Source: Candidatus Poribacteria bacterium (GTDB lineage Bacteria; Poribacteria; WGA-4E; PCPOR2b). From it: a stretch of DNA of 64,000 nucleotides. Below the pieces are notes generated by a model. It was given only the letters and a program-made list of their open reading frames with translations, had not been told where the DNA came from and did no database searches. Where the stretch lies: contig OZ244587.1 in assembly GCA_965218095.1 (NCBI GenBank), forward strand, positions 4,736,001 to 4,800,000, in the 5' to 3' direction. Both the position numbers and the translations under genes were made by a program. Shown piece after piece: positions 37,439-47,432 of the stretch; positions within the stretch are counted from its first letter, which is position 1, and every line of letters starts with the position of its first letter.

Positions 37439-39532
37439 GTGATTAAACTTAGAGTCAAACCTGTATACTCTCGAAAGGCGGAAGTTGTTCCCATCAAGAA
37501 CGGCCCCGAAGGGCTTGAGTTTCGACAACACCAAGTCGAAACCTATAAAGCGATTCAGGATCCAGATGTAGATGTGATCTTCAATAGGGCAATGACCGGT
37601 GATGGAAAAAGTTTAGCCGCGTATCTTCCCGCGCTGACGGAAGGCAGGTCAATCCTAGCTATGTACCCAACTAACGAATTAATCAAAGATCAAGAACGAC
37701 AAGTGCAGGGATACTGCCAGTGGTTTGAGCAAAATATTGCCTGCGACAAGATGTTTGGGGAACGGCTGTACAAACTTCGTGCAGAATTGACAGATCTACG
37801 CGGGCAAAAAGCCGCGATTGAACTTTTGGCTCTAAAGAATCCAATTCTACTCACAAATCCGGATATCTTTAATCTAATCGCCAATTTTCACTATCTGAAC
37901 CCCGAATATGAAAACCCAGATCAGTTGGTACAGCACATTATCGACTATTATGATCTGTTTATCTTCGACGAGTTTCATATCTATGATGTCTCGCAGGTCA
38001 TCTCTGTTCTGACAACCATGTTGTATTTCATCGAGCAGGGACGTGGCAAATTCAATCAGAAAAAGTTCGTCTTTCTCTCTGCGACACCGAGCCCACTCCT
38101 GCTGGATTGTTTGGAGAAGGTGAATCTCCGATACAAAATCATCGAAGGGTGTTATCAATTCGATGAACTGGATTCAGCGAATTGGGACGGAATCTGCGCG
38201 CCATTCGACTTACATTTCCACGCAACGGGTCGCCGTACCGAAGAATGGGTCGAAAACCATTATCAGCAAATCGCCGAGTGGTTTGCCGATAATCCGAATT
38301 CACGTGGGGCAATTATTGTCAACTCGGTTGCAGCGGCGAAACGAATTTCCTTGTTTCTCAAAGAACGAAACGTGGCGGGGGATTTTCCTCTGAACGTTGG
38401 CGAAAATACTGGACTCAGCAGTCGGGAAGAACGACGTTTTGCTCTCCACGAAAGTGACCTGCTCATCGGGACCTCAACGGTAGATGTCGGTGTTGACTTC
38501 AAAATCAACTTTCTTGTCTTTGAGGCGATAGACGCAGGTTCGTGGATTCAAAGGCTTGGACGGCTTGGTCGGCATTCAGAATACGCAACACCTGACGGGG
38601 CGGTTATGAAGTTTGACCGTTTCGTTGCTCACTCGCTTCTGCCCAAATACGTCTACGAACGGATTGAGCAAGTCGTCACGTCGGATTCAGAAATTGACAA
38701 AGGGACTCTGATTGACCTCATGCGAAGTGAGGATGAGAATAAACGGATTTTCTCTCCCATCAACGATTTTCGCAACTATAAAAAGTCTTGGGGTTGGTTG
38801 CACGCTTCGCATATCATCAACACTTTGGGGCATCCACGATTGCGCGAAAACTATGCACCCCAGCGAGAAAAACTCACGAAGGTCTATACCGACATTTTCG
38901 AGGCGGATATCGAAACGCGAGCAACAAAATGGTATTTCGCTGTTAAAAATAAACGGCCGGAAATCATTGATTCTGCTGTGATTCAATTTCGTGGTGAGAC
39001 ACCTTTCACATGTGGAATCATTGATGAAACAGATGGCGAGGTGAAAGACTACAATCTCCTGTGGACGTTAAGCAACGCCGAAGTCGAATTCATGGACAAG
39101 ACGGATTTCATGCAAGAAATCCAATCGCGGGGAATTCCACCCCGTCAGTTTCGGTCCGTTGGCATCTATCTCCGATTACATGGATATCGCTCAGAGCGAG
39201 AGCGTTTTCACCTGACTCAGAGCCGCAAGATTGGGAAGCAGTTTACTGACGAAGATTACCGTCAGTTGCATACGCTCAAGGGGTTTGAGATTGATGGTAA
39301 TTTTCCAGAAATTAACAAAATCAATCGTTGGTTGCGCATAAAACCGCATCTTTGCCTTGTTTGTAAAGAGCCGTTGGGTGATTTACGGCGGCTGTTACGT
39401 CTGCCGATGATGTTTTCCATTTTCTCGCTACTTGATCGGGATGGTAACGAATTCAGCGTCGTATTTTCAAAGGACGCGCTCTTGTTACATTCTCAGCCCT
39501 ACATTTGGGCGAAGGAGGATTCTAATGGCTGA
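37439..39532 (+). CDS. cas3: Type I-D CRISPR helicase Cas3' (no HD domain)
   Basis: AMTGDGKS, YPTNELIKDQ, DEFH, SAT, TSTVDVGVDF, QRLGRLGRH; GGAGG RBS with GTG start. Confidence 0.95.
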   Translation: MIKLRVKPVYSRKAEVVPIKNGPEGLEFRQHQVETYKAIQDPDVDVIFNRAMTGDGKSLAAYLPALTEGRSILAMYPTNELIKDQERQVQGYCQWFEQNIACDKMFGERLYKLRAELTDLRGQKAAIELLALKNPILLTNPDIFNLIANFHYLNPEYENPDQLVQHIIDYYDLFIFDEFHIYDVSQVISVLTTMLYFIEQGRGKFNQKKFVFLSATPSPLLLDCLEKVNLRYKIIEGCYQFDELDSANWDGICAPFDLHFHATGRRTEEWVENHYQQIAEWFADNPNSRGAIIVNSVAAAKRISLFLKERNVAGDFPLNVGENTGLSSREERRFALHESDLLIGTSTVDVGVDFKINFLVFEAIDAGSWIQRLGRLGRHSEYATPDGAVMKFDRFVAHSLLPKYVYERIEQVVTSDSEIDKGTLIDLMRSEDENKRIFSPINDFRNYKKSWGWLHASHIINTLGHPRLRENYAPQREKLTKVYTDIFEADIETRATKWYFAVKNKRPEIIDSAVIQFRGETPFTCGIIDETDGEVKDYNLLWTLSNAEVEFMDKTDFMQEIQSRGIPPRQFRSVGIYLRLHGYRSERERFHLTQSRKIGKQFTDEDYRQLHTLKGFEIDGNFPEINKINRWLRIKPHLCLVCKEPLGDLRRLLRLPMMFSIFSLLDRDGNEFSVVFSKDALLLHSQPYIWAKEDSNG

Positions 39533-42494
39533 ACAACCTCAACCTGATTTCCTGGGGATTTCAGAGAGTTCCCAAGAAACACAAGAAATCCACGCACAAA
39601 TCGCATTGCTGAAAAACGCCGTTGACCCAGACGATTTTGTCTTGACAGACTACGTCGAGACAGTTGTACCGCAGATGCTGGACGAATACACGCTCCGTTC
39701 AGCGAAAGGAAGCACGGTTTGGGCGTCCAATCACGACCAAAGTATGCTCGCGCATATTCTCAACGGCATCTTTCCAACGCTCACGATTGTGCGAATTGCC
39801 GGGCAACCGTTGAGTGAACTAGACGAGCGGCTCTACCTGATTGCCTATTCGTTTCATGACATTGACAAACTCATAGACATCCGTGATTTGAGTGTCTCTG
39901 ATGCGGAGAAGTCTGAGCAATTTTACAGCTACCTTGATGAATGGGTTGCGAAACTCCATTTTGATAAATTCTGTCCAGATTACGAAGATTACCGCGGAGA
40001 CATTGCATATCTCATTCTCAACACGCAGAAGAAATACGGTGCAAACCTCAATTTGCAGAGTTACGATTCGCGCCTACCGGGGCGACGACGCCAGTTTTTG
40101 CGGGAGATGTGTACCGCATCAGACCTTATCGCCTATTTTCTGAAGAATCCGAGTGGATTTCGAGAACAGGCGAATGCCCGTGAATCTCTCGTCAAGCTCA
40201 GCGGTGGGAAACTCGAATTCGCCTATCACAAACTCGCTGAGAATCGCGGTATGATTACGAATGTCATCAACAACGCCTTGCTCAGAATCCTGCGTGACCG
40301 ATTGGGATGGAAACCGTTTCTCTTCTTCCCAACAGGTGTCACATATTTGCGAAAGTGGTTAAGCGAAGAGAGCAACTTGCCGACACAGGATGAAATTGCC
40401 GAGGATGTTGAAAAACAGCTCATTGCATACTGCGCCGGGCGATTAGAGGCGAACCTCAACGGATTTACGCGAGATGGGAAGGGATTTAAGTTTCCCGATT
40501 ACTATTACGATTTCTTCCAACTTCCTGAACTACTCCAACTCATTCGCAAAGGATGCTTCAGGATACTGCACGAGAATAAGTCACCCTCTGCTGGGAAGCG
40601 ACTACAGAAGCTGCTTCAACTTCAGAAAAAAGGTGATATTCCCCCTGATGTCAATCTCCATTTTGAAGAGGATATGCGCGTTGACCAACTTGCGGAATAT
40701 CTCTACGAAATCGAGAAACACGTTGGCGCAATAACGAGCCGTGAGGCGGTATCTTCTGAGATTATCACGATTTTGGATACGCAAGAATATCAGACTGACT
40801 TTGAAGCGATTCCACGCGATAATCGGGCAGGCGGTGTGCCGCTACATTGGTATTTCCTCGCAGGCAAATACTTGATGAAAAATCTTGGGCTTGATGCGAA
40901 TCAGATGGAAGATTTGTTTGCAGACATTGCCAATCAGGTTGTGACAACATTCGAGGGAGAAATTGAACATCGCGAGGTGGAGAAGGAAGGGTTCAGTGTA
41001 CTCCGCGAATATGTTCGAGAAATTGTCGATATCAATGGACACAGTGAGATCGAACGCGACTTTGAAGCGGAATTGGACCGATACACAAACACGAAGAAAA
41101 AAGGGCGTGGCTCGAATGCGGGTTGTTCTCTCTGTTCGTCAACGTTTGAAACAAGCAAGCAACGAGACACGTCGGTCATCTTCGCCAACCAAGTCTACAG
41201 TAACAAGAACTTGCTCAACTCCTCATTGCTCGTCCGCGGCATCTGTGAATTGTGCGAGGTCGAAATGATGCTCCGACAAATCATGATACGCTCGAAATTG
41301 CGGCTCGTGGGCGGTGGGTATGATGACGTCAAAATCAAGTGGCTGTATCTCTATCCGAGCTACTTTTTCACGACAGAGACAGCGAAGTTTGTCGGCAACG
41401 CATATCGGCAGATGAAGAACTTGAATTTCTTTGACGTGCGGAAAGCGTTACACAAAGGAATGGCAGTGAGGGATTTCATCAATTTAGATGAAATGGTCAT
41501 TGACACCGAAATTCCGAACCCTGACGATGATTATCTGCTCAAGATGGAGTTCGACACCAACGACCTTGCAACCTTCTACTTCTGCGGAATCCCGACGCTC
41601 GGCAAAAGCCCCACCGATACAGAATCGTGGGCATTACCGACTTTTCTCGGTCTGCTTATGCCATTAGTGTTCAATGCGAAGGTCGTTGTGACCGAGTCGC
41701 AGATTCCACTCTATCACAGCAGCGAGGAGTGGAAAGAGACAGTTGTTCTCAATGCCCCCCATCCGTTTGTGAAGCACATTCTAGGCACAGTCGAAATCCG
41801 CATTGACCAGATCGAAGCGGCTTTGAAGAAGATTGTTGCTGCCTACGATATGAATATTGATGTATTCCAAAAGGATGGTAAACCGCAGTGGCAACACCTC
41901 AACGAAATTGGGCGGAACATTGACACAGACCCACTTTACGTTTTTCATTATCTCGAAGCGTTTCGCCGGAAGCAGGGTTGGGACAGTTTCCCCAAACCCC
42001 GTGATGGCGAATCATCAATCCCGGAACGATACATCCAAACTTATCACCATATTGGAGGTGACAAGATGAGTCTCATTGAAGAAGTCGCCAAACGGTGCTT
42101 CAAATTTTACGGACCCGATAACTTCAAGCCGAACAGTGTCTTGAAGGTGATTACGCTGGTTGAAGACGTGATTGTCAACAGCGAGTCGAAAATTAACGCA
42201 ACTGATCTAAAATACCAAGCCATTGGCGAGGTAAGTAACCTGATGCAACGGATTCGGTCAAGTCGTGCCCAAGGCTACGCTCGGCTCCACCCTAGAGATG
42301 AAGAACCATCAGCTATTCACGAATTTGTTGAATATTTTTATAACGTGGTGTTTGCTGAATATTACGATGGCGAGCGCGGTATGCTTCGTCAACGTCGCAA
42401 CCGCTTTAATGCGGGTGTCAACGCATGGTATCAGGTAAACTGGCGTCAATTCCAAACGAAAAAGGCAAAGGAGGAAAACAATGCCGACAATTGA
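39525..42494 (+). CDS. cas10d: Type I-D large subunit Cas10d/Csc3 with N-terminal HD nuclease
   Basis: DQSMLAHILNG...FHDIDK, CSLC/CELC zinc motif, LYLYPSYFFT; GGAGG RBS before ATG 39525. Confidence 0.93.
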   Translation: MAEQPQPDFLGISESSQETQEIHAQIALLKNAVDPDDFVLTDYVETVVPQMLDEYTLRSAKGSTVWASNHDQSMLAHILNGIFPTLTIVRIAGQPLSELDERLYLIAYSFHDIDKLIDIRDLSVSDAEKSEQFYSYLDEWVAKLHFDKFCPDYEDYRGDIAYLILNTQKKYGANLNLQSYDSRLPGRRRQFLREMCTASDLIAYFLKNPSGFREQANARESLVKLSGGKLEFAYHKLAENRGMITNVINNALLRILRDRLGWKPFLFFPTGVTYLRKWLSEESNLPTQDEIAEDVEKQLIAYCAGRLEANLNGFTRDGKGFKFPDYYYDFFQLPELLQLIRKGCFRILHENKSPSAGKRLQKLLQLQKKGDIPPDVNLHFEEDMRVDQLAEYLYEIEKHVGAITSREAVSSEIITILDTQEYQTDFEAIPRDNRAGGVPLHWYFLAGKYLMKNLGLDANQMEDLFADIANQVVTTFEGEIEHREVEKEGFSVLREYVREIVDINGHSEIERDFEAELDRYTNTKKKGRGSNAGCSLCSSTFETSKQRDTSVIFANQVYSNKNLLNSSLLVRGICELCEVEMMLRQIMIRSKLRLVGGGYDDVKIKWLYLYPSYFFTTETAKFVGNAYRQMKNLNFFDVRKALHKGMAVRDFINLDEMVIDTEIPNPDDDYLLKMEFDTNDLATFYFCGIPTLGKSPTDTESWALPTFLGLLMPLVFNAKVVVTESQIPLYHSSEEWKETVVLNAPHPFVKHILGTVEIRIDQIEAALKKIVAAYDMNIDVFQKDGKPQWQHLNEIGRNIDTDPLYVFHYLEAFRRKQGWDSFPKPRDGESSIPERYIQTYHHIGGDKMSLIEEVAKRCFKFYGPDNFKPNSVLKVITLVEDVIVNSESKINATDLKYQAIGEVSNLMQRIRSSRAQGYARLHPRDEEPSAIHEFVEYFYNVVFAEYYDGERGMLRQRRNRFNAGVNAWYQVNWRQFQTKKAKEENNADN
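42066..42494 (+). CDS. cas11d: Cas11d small subunit, translated in-frame from inside cas10d (142 aa)
   Basis: GGAGGTG at 42054-42060, 5 nt before in-frame ATG 42066. Confidence 0.75.
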   Translation: MSLIEEVAKRCFKFYGPDNFKPNSVLKVITLVEDVIVNSESKINATDLKYQAIGEVSNLMQRIRSSRAQGYARLHPRDEEPSAIHEFVEYFYNVVFAEYYDGERGMLRQRRNRFNAGVNAWYQVNWRQFQTKKAKEENNADN

Positions 42495-43488
42495 AATTCC
42501 GAAAGAGCTCGTTCCCGAAAATTATTTTTTGAATCGAATTCCGAAAGCCCCAACGGGGCGTTATGCACATCTGATTGTGGTTCGTGAAACAGAGTCGTTT
42601 CCCGTTTTTCAAACAGATGGCACGCTCAACATTGCCAAGGTCAAGGCAGGTTTGCAAAATGGCGATTCGCTCATACGCCTTGCGATGTTCAAGCGGAAAC
42701 AGAGTTCGCCAGAGCGACTTACTGGACGCGAATTGCTGAGAAGCACAGGCATTACACAGAATGAAGATGCCGGCGAAGATAACTACTGTGACTACAACGA
42801 GCAGTTCTGTACGACCTGCCCCGACTGCGTTTACTACGGGTTCGCAATCGGTGATTCTGGCTCTGAAAAATCAAAGGTGTATGTTGATACCGCCTATTCG
42901 ATTACAGGCTACGATGAGTCACATCAGCAGTTTTCATTCAACGCGCTGTATGAAAAAGGGAACATGAGTCAGCATGGCGAAGTTCGCTCTAGCTTTGGCG
43001 AACAAGACCACATCGTACCACAAGTTTTCTTTCCCTCTATCATTACCATTAAGGATGTGATGGTCAACAGTTTTGCCTACGTTTTGAACAACGTGCTACG
43101 AACGAAACGTTACGGCGCGCAGACGACACGAACCGGACGACTTGCCAATCATATCGTCGGAGCGGTATTTGCTGATGGTGAGATCTTTTCAAATCTTAAA
43201 TTCACGCAAGCCATCCACGATGCGTTGGGCAACGACAAGGACGAAACGCCGTTGAATCCTGAGAAAGTTTTTCAAACGGCTCGATTAACCACATCCGAGC
43301 TCTTGAAGGATGACGGTGTGAACTATCATCTACTTGAGGAAGAAAACCTGCAAGAGTTACTTGGCATCGTCAAGTCCGCGACAACGGATGAAGAAAAACT
43401 TCATCAACTTTTGCAGGAGGCAAACGCCGAGACGCAGGAATACTCCGAACGAGTGATTCAAAAGGCATCAAACAAAAAGAAAAAGTAG
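42481..43488 (+). CDS. cas7: Type I-D Cas7/Csc2
   Basis: FKRKQSSPERLTGRELLR, CPDCVYYGFAIG, RYGAQTTRTG. Confidence 0.95.
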   Translation: MPTIEIPKELVPENYFLNRIPKAPTGRYAHLIVVRETESFPVFQTDGTLNIAKVKAGLQNGDSLIRLAMFKRKQSSPERLTGRELLRSTGITQNEDAGEDNYCDYNEQFCTTCPDCVYYGFAIGDSGSEKSKVYVDTAYSITGYDESHQQFSFNALYEKGNMSQHGEVRSSFGEQDHIVPQVFFPSIITIKDVMVNSFAYVLNNVLRTKRYGAQTTRTGRLANHIVGAVFADGEIFSNLKFTQAIHDALGNDKDETPLNPEKVFQTARLTTSELLKDDGVNYHLLEEENLQELLGIVKSATTDEEKLHQLLQEANAETQEYSERVIQKASNKKKK

Positions 43489-43497
43489 GAGGGACCG

Positions 43498-44193
43498 ATG
43501 CAAGTCACGAGATGCCGCCTTATCCTGCACGACTCTCTCTACTACGCGACTCGTGAGATGGGGCGACTGTACGAGACGGAGAAGGTCATCCACAATTGGG
43601 CGTTGACGTATGCGCTCGGTTTGATTCAAAAGCCGTATAGATCATTTAACAGCGTTCCAACTTATCAGGAGGACCTCACACCAATCAATGCGGCAGGTGT
43701 CTATGTGACACCTGCCAAACCGATTCATTATGATTATATAATCAGTACCTTCAAATTCGCGGACAATCGACATCGCCCGTTTTCAACTGTCAGCAATACG
43801 CGAAAAAGGGAGTTGAAGATTACTGTGACGAACAAACCATCTTTCGGCAAGGCGAAGGAACTTGCGCCGGAGAGCGAGTTTGAATTTTTCATCATGGGTA
43901 AATTGCCCGAACGGGTCCCGAAGTGGATCCGGTTGGGATTGTGGATGAGCAAAGCAAAAATCGAAATCAAAGATCGTCAGGACTTGACCGTTCAACGGGG
44001 TCAATTTACATGTCCTCACTTGTTGAATCCGCTAGATCTTTCAATTCGGCCGCAACTCTATGATCTGATCTCGATGCCGCCGGTGAGTCTTCTTCAAAAT
44101 GTGACTTTGACAGGCGAGTACGTTGCGTTTCAGAGAGAGCAAGAAACAGTTTGTTTACCAGCCACAATGAGATATTTTGCAAACTCAACTTAG
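43498..44193 (+). CDS. cas5: Type I-D Cas5/Csc1
   Basis: LHDSLYYATREMGRLYET..IHNWALTYALG, KELAPES, WIRLGLWMSKA. Confidence 0.95.
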   Translation: MQVTRCRLILHDSLYYATREMGRLYETEKVIHNWALTYALGLIQKPYRSFNSVPTYQEDLTPINAAGVYVTPAKPIHYDYIISTFKFADNRHRPFSTVSNTRKRELKITVTNKPSFGKAKELAPESEFEFFIMGKLPERVPKWIRLGLWMSKAKIEIKDRQDLTVQRGQFTCPHLLNPLDLSIRPQLYDLISMPPVSLLQNVTLTGEYVAFQREQETVCLPATMRYFANST

Positions 44194-44204
44194 AAAAGTT
44201 CACC

Positions 44205-45050
44205 ATGCCCATCAGCACCGTTATCTACCTCATCCCCCCCGAAGATGTCACACTTCGTCCGACGATGGGGCATCACGCGCACGCTGCGTTCCTATCGCTG
44301 TTGCGAATTGGCAATCCGGAAAAAGCGGAAGAAATTCACGCCACATCCGCGCAGAAACCGTTTACTGTTTCGCCGCTGATTGGTAAAGGCGAACGACGTG
44401 GGGATTTCCTGCACATCCGCGCTGGAACGGAATGCTGGCTCCGCTTTACGTTCCTCGACGATGAACTCTTCGCCTACTTCGGCAACGCCTTCTTGACACA
44501 GCAACTGCCGTCCATCCGCATCGGACAGGCGATGTTTCAACTCAGCCGATTGAATTCATCTGGGACAGAGGGTAAAGATTGGAGCGGCGCAAGAACCTAC
44601 GAAGACCTAATTGAATCTGCGCGGACAGACACTCGGATTCAGATGCGATTCCATTCGCCGACCGCCTTTCGGGAACTGACTCCGCACGGGCGAAAAACAC
44701 GCAATCAAGCAAATATTGACCTGCAACGTTGCTATCAGAGTTGGGTCAACAAATGGAATGCCTTCGGACCGATGCAGATTGATAAGCAACGCCTTCTCGA
44801 TTTCGTGGTCGGTCACGCCGGGCTGACCACAGTTGAGGCCAAGAGCCGGATGCTCGATTTCGGCAGACATAAGGCGGTCGGATTTGTTGGAAATTGTGCA
44901 TACCAATTTTTCGTGAAGCGTCAATCCGATGATGAGGGTAACATTGAGATGTTACGTTTGGTGAACCTGCTCGCCGATTTCGCCTTTTACTGTGGCACCG
45001 GCTACAAAACGACGATGGGGATGGGACAGACGCGGCGACGACAATCCTGA
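44205..45050 (+). CDS. cas6: CRISPR endoribonuclease Cas6
   Basis: KPFTVSPL, FHSPTAF and Gly-rich loop GTGYKTTMGMG; start placed at ATG 44205. Confidence 0.95.
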   Translation: MPISTVIYLIPPEDVTLRPTMGHHAHAAFLSLLRIGNPEKAEEIHATSAQKPFTVSPLIGKGERRGDFLHIRAGTECWLRFTFLDDELFAYFGNAFLTQQLPSIRIGQAMFQLSRLNSSGTEGKDWSGARTYEDLIESARTDTRIQMRFHSPTAFRELTPHGRKTRNQANIDLQRCYQSWVNKWNAFGPMQIDKQRLLDFVVGHAGLTTVEAKSRMLDFGRHKAVGFVGNCAYQFFVKRQSDDEGNIEMLRLVNLLADFAFYCGTGYKTTMGMGQTRRRQS

Positions 45051-45410
45051 TCACGAGATTGACATCAGATCGACATCAAGTGCCTCGGCAATCGCCTTCA
45101 ACGTTTTGACGGAACCGGACTTTCGTCCTGTCTCAATCCCCGCTAAATATGCACGTTGAATGCCGGTTTTATCCGCAAGTTGCTTCTGTGTGAGTCCCCG
45201 GTACTCGCGATACACCTTGATCGGATTCTCCTCATTGAGAATCAGCCGATTAATCACCTCGCCGGGGAAGGTTTCCTCATCAATGGCTTTCGCCCTACGA
45301 AAATCACGAATGTCTCTAAGCATCTCCGCATCTGCAAGGAGTTGGTCGTAATGCTCTATCGGTACAAGGGCAAATTTCTGACCTTCTATTTCTACTGTTT
45401 CAAGGCTCAT
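45051..45410 (-). CDS. XRE-family HTH antitoxin (HigA-like)
   Basis: NPIKVYREYRGLTQKQLADKTGI.RAYLAGIETG; start overlaps the toxin stop codon. Confidence 0.88.
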   Translation of the reverse strand: MSLETVEIEGQKFALVPIEHYDQLLADAEMLRDIRDFRRAKAIDEETFPGEVINRLILNEENPIKVYREYRGLTQKQLADKTGIQRAYLAGIETGRKSGSVKTLKAIAEALDVDLMSIS

Positions 45411-45664
45411 TTATACACACCGCCTCTCGGTCCAATTTTTACGATTTCAAGTACAAAGGTGTCATCATGGAGTTCATACAGCACTCGCCAGTCACCCACT
45501 CTGAGCCGGTATCCCGGCTCACCTGTTAGGCGTGTTATATTATTGTTCGGCGCGTAAGGATTCTCAGCAAGTTGGTTAATCTTCCCAACAACGGTTTTCG
45601 CTACATTACTGGGCATCCGCTGGAGCATCTTCATCGCGCTTGCTCGATATCGAATCTGATACAT
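45407..45664 (-). CDS. RelE/ParE-family toxin (85 aa)
   Basis: YRLRVGDWRVLY, IGPRGGVYK; AAGGGG RBS before ATG 45664. Confidence 0.9.
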   Translation of the reverse strand: MYQIRYRASAMKMLQRMPSNVAKTVVGKINQLAENPYAPNNNITRLTGEPGYRLRVGDWRVLYELHDDTFVLEIVKIGPRGGVYK

Positions 45665-45749
45665 GATGCCCCTTATTGTAGCTAAAAGCAACCTGAAAAT
45701 CAAGCATTTCCGTTACACACCCCGTTCCACAAATCTGGAGTATTAAACC

Positions 45750-47432
45750 ATGTCCGAAACCTACATACCGCTTTCGCAGATAAACACCTATGTCTTCTGC
45801 CCGCGCCGATTCTACTACGAATCCGTTGAGGGCCATCAGGTGATTAACGAGCATGTCGAAGAGGGGAAGATCAAACACGCCCGCGTTGATACGGAGATGA
45901 AAGGTCGCAACGAGCGCGGGGTGAAGGTCTCGCGTCGACAATACCTCGCCTCTGATGCACTTGGTGTCTCCGGTTATCTCGATCTAATTGAAGAGAAGGA
46001 CGGTGTGCCGTATCCGGTCGAATACAAGAAAGCCGGCACCGGCAACTGGCTCAACGATCAGGTTCAACTCTGTCTACAAGGGATGCTAATCGAAGAGAGC
46101 ACTGGCATTGAGGCGCCTCACGGCTATATCTACTACATCGGCTCCAAACGCCGCCGAAAGGTGGTCTTTGATGACGAACTGCGGCAGACCAGTCTCGACT
46201 TTGTCTCTAACGCCGAATCGCTGTTGCAGACAAGAAAGATTCCCGAACCGGTCCACGACAACCGGTGTAACGGGTGTAGCGTCCGAGGCATCTGTCTTCC
46301 AGACGAGGTTGCCTATCTCCATGAATTAGACGATCGACCAAAACGCATCAAACCTGTGCTTGGGATCGATAACGTGCTGTATGTCGATGAAGCGGGCTGT
46401 ATACTCAAAAAAACTGGGGAACGCCTGCTCGTTGTCAAAGAGGGAGAAACCATCCGCGACATTCCGCTCATCCATCTCGGCCAGGTTGTGCTTTGTGGCA
46501 ACATCAGTGTGACGACCCCGGTGATGCAAACCCTGCTCAACGAGGGGATTCCGGTTGTTTACCTGTCTGCGTACGGACGCTATCAGGGAACGCTTACGCC
46601 GAAAATCTCCCGAAACTCACTCCTGCGCGTCGCTCAACATCGGATCGCGGATGACCCGGAAAAGTGCCTCGCGCTCGCGAAAGCGTTTGTACATGGCAAA
46701 ATCACGAACATGCGGATGATGCTCCAGCGTCGGAAATGGCGGAACAGAACGACCAACGACAAAGATCTCGATTGCGAAGTTGAAACAAACGGAATCGAAA
46801 CTGAGGACAGGCACGCCGACATTTTATCGAGCATTAAGGGACTCGCTGCGATGCGCCGGAAGATTCCCAAAGCGGAACGGCTCCCTGAACTGCTTGGTAT
46901 TGAAGGTAACGCCTCTGCCGCGTATTTCCAATCGTTTTCCGCCATGCTCAAACCAGAAATGGGATTTGACTTTGAACGCCGCTCCCGCCGACCACCCGCG
47001 GATGCGACCAATTCGTTGCTTAGTTTTGCCTACTCGCTATTGACAGCGGATCTGATTTCCGCCATCCAGCTTGTCGGACTCGACCCATACGTGGGGTTCT
47101 TCCATCAACAGAATTACGGGCGTCCCTGCCTCGCATTAGACCTCATGGAGGAGTTCCGTCCGATCATCGCCGATTCAGTTGTGATTACGCTCATCAACAA
47201 ACGGCAGATTAAACCGGATGACTTCACCCAATCGCACGGCGGCTGGTTCCTCAAAGACGCCGCCCGCAAGCGGTTCTACGCCGCCTACGAGGGACGCAAA
47301 AATGAGACGATTACACACCCTGTCTTCAAGTACAAAATCAACTTTCGCCGTGCAGTCGAATTACAGGTACGATTGCTTGCCAAGTGTCTAATGGGAGAGA
47401 TTGAAACCTACACGCCGCTGACAGTTCGATAG
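45750..47432 (+). CDS. cas1: Cas4-Cas1 fusion protein
   Basis: Cas4 part: FCPRRFY, VEYKK, QLCLQ, CNGCSVRGIC. Cas1 part: GIEG, NSLLSFAY, GFFH, DLMEEFR. Confidence 0.95.
   Translation: MSETYIPLSQINTYVFCPRRFYYESVEGHQVINEHVEEGKIKHARVDTEMKGRNERGVKVSRRQYLASDALGVSGYLDLIEEKDGVPYPVEYKKAGTGNWLNDQVQLCLQGMLIEESTGIEAPHGYIYYIGSKRRRKVVFDDELRQTSLDFVSNAESLLQTRKIPEPVHDNRCNGCSVRGICLPDEVAYLHELDDRPKRIKPVLGIDNVLYVDEAGCILKKTGERLLVVKEGETIRDIPLIHLGQVVLCGNISVTTPVMQTLLNEGIPVVYLSAYGRYQGTLTPKISRNSLLRVAQHRIADDPEKCLALAKAFVHGKITNMRMMLQRRKWRNRTTNDKDLDCEVETNGIETEDRHADILSSIKGLAAMRRKIPKAERLPELLGIEGNASAAYFQSFSAMLKPEMGFDFERRSRRPPADATNSLLSFAYSLLTADLISAIQLVGLDPYVGFFHQQNYGRPCLALDLMEEFRPIIADSVVITLINKRQIKPDDFTQSHGGWFLKDAARKRFYAAYEGRKNETITHPVFKYKINFRRAVELQVRLLAKCLMGEIETYTPLTVR
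46750..46786 (+). repeat. Degenerate full-length CRISPR repeat inside the cas1 coding sequence
   Basis: CGACCAACGACAAAGATCTCGATTGCGAAGTTGAAAC is 29/37 identical, ungapped, to the array consensus; 31/37 if trailer-variant bases C8 and G25 are counted. Confidence 0.8.

Noticed and set aside
39432-39524. N-terminal extension of cas10d in the ORF track
   Set aside because: Overlaps cas3; the GGAGG RBS supports ATG 39525 instead
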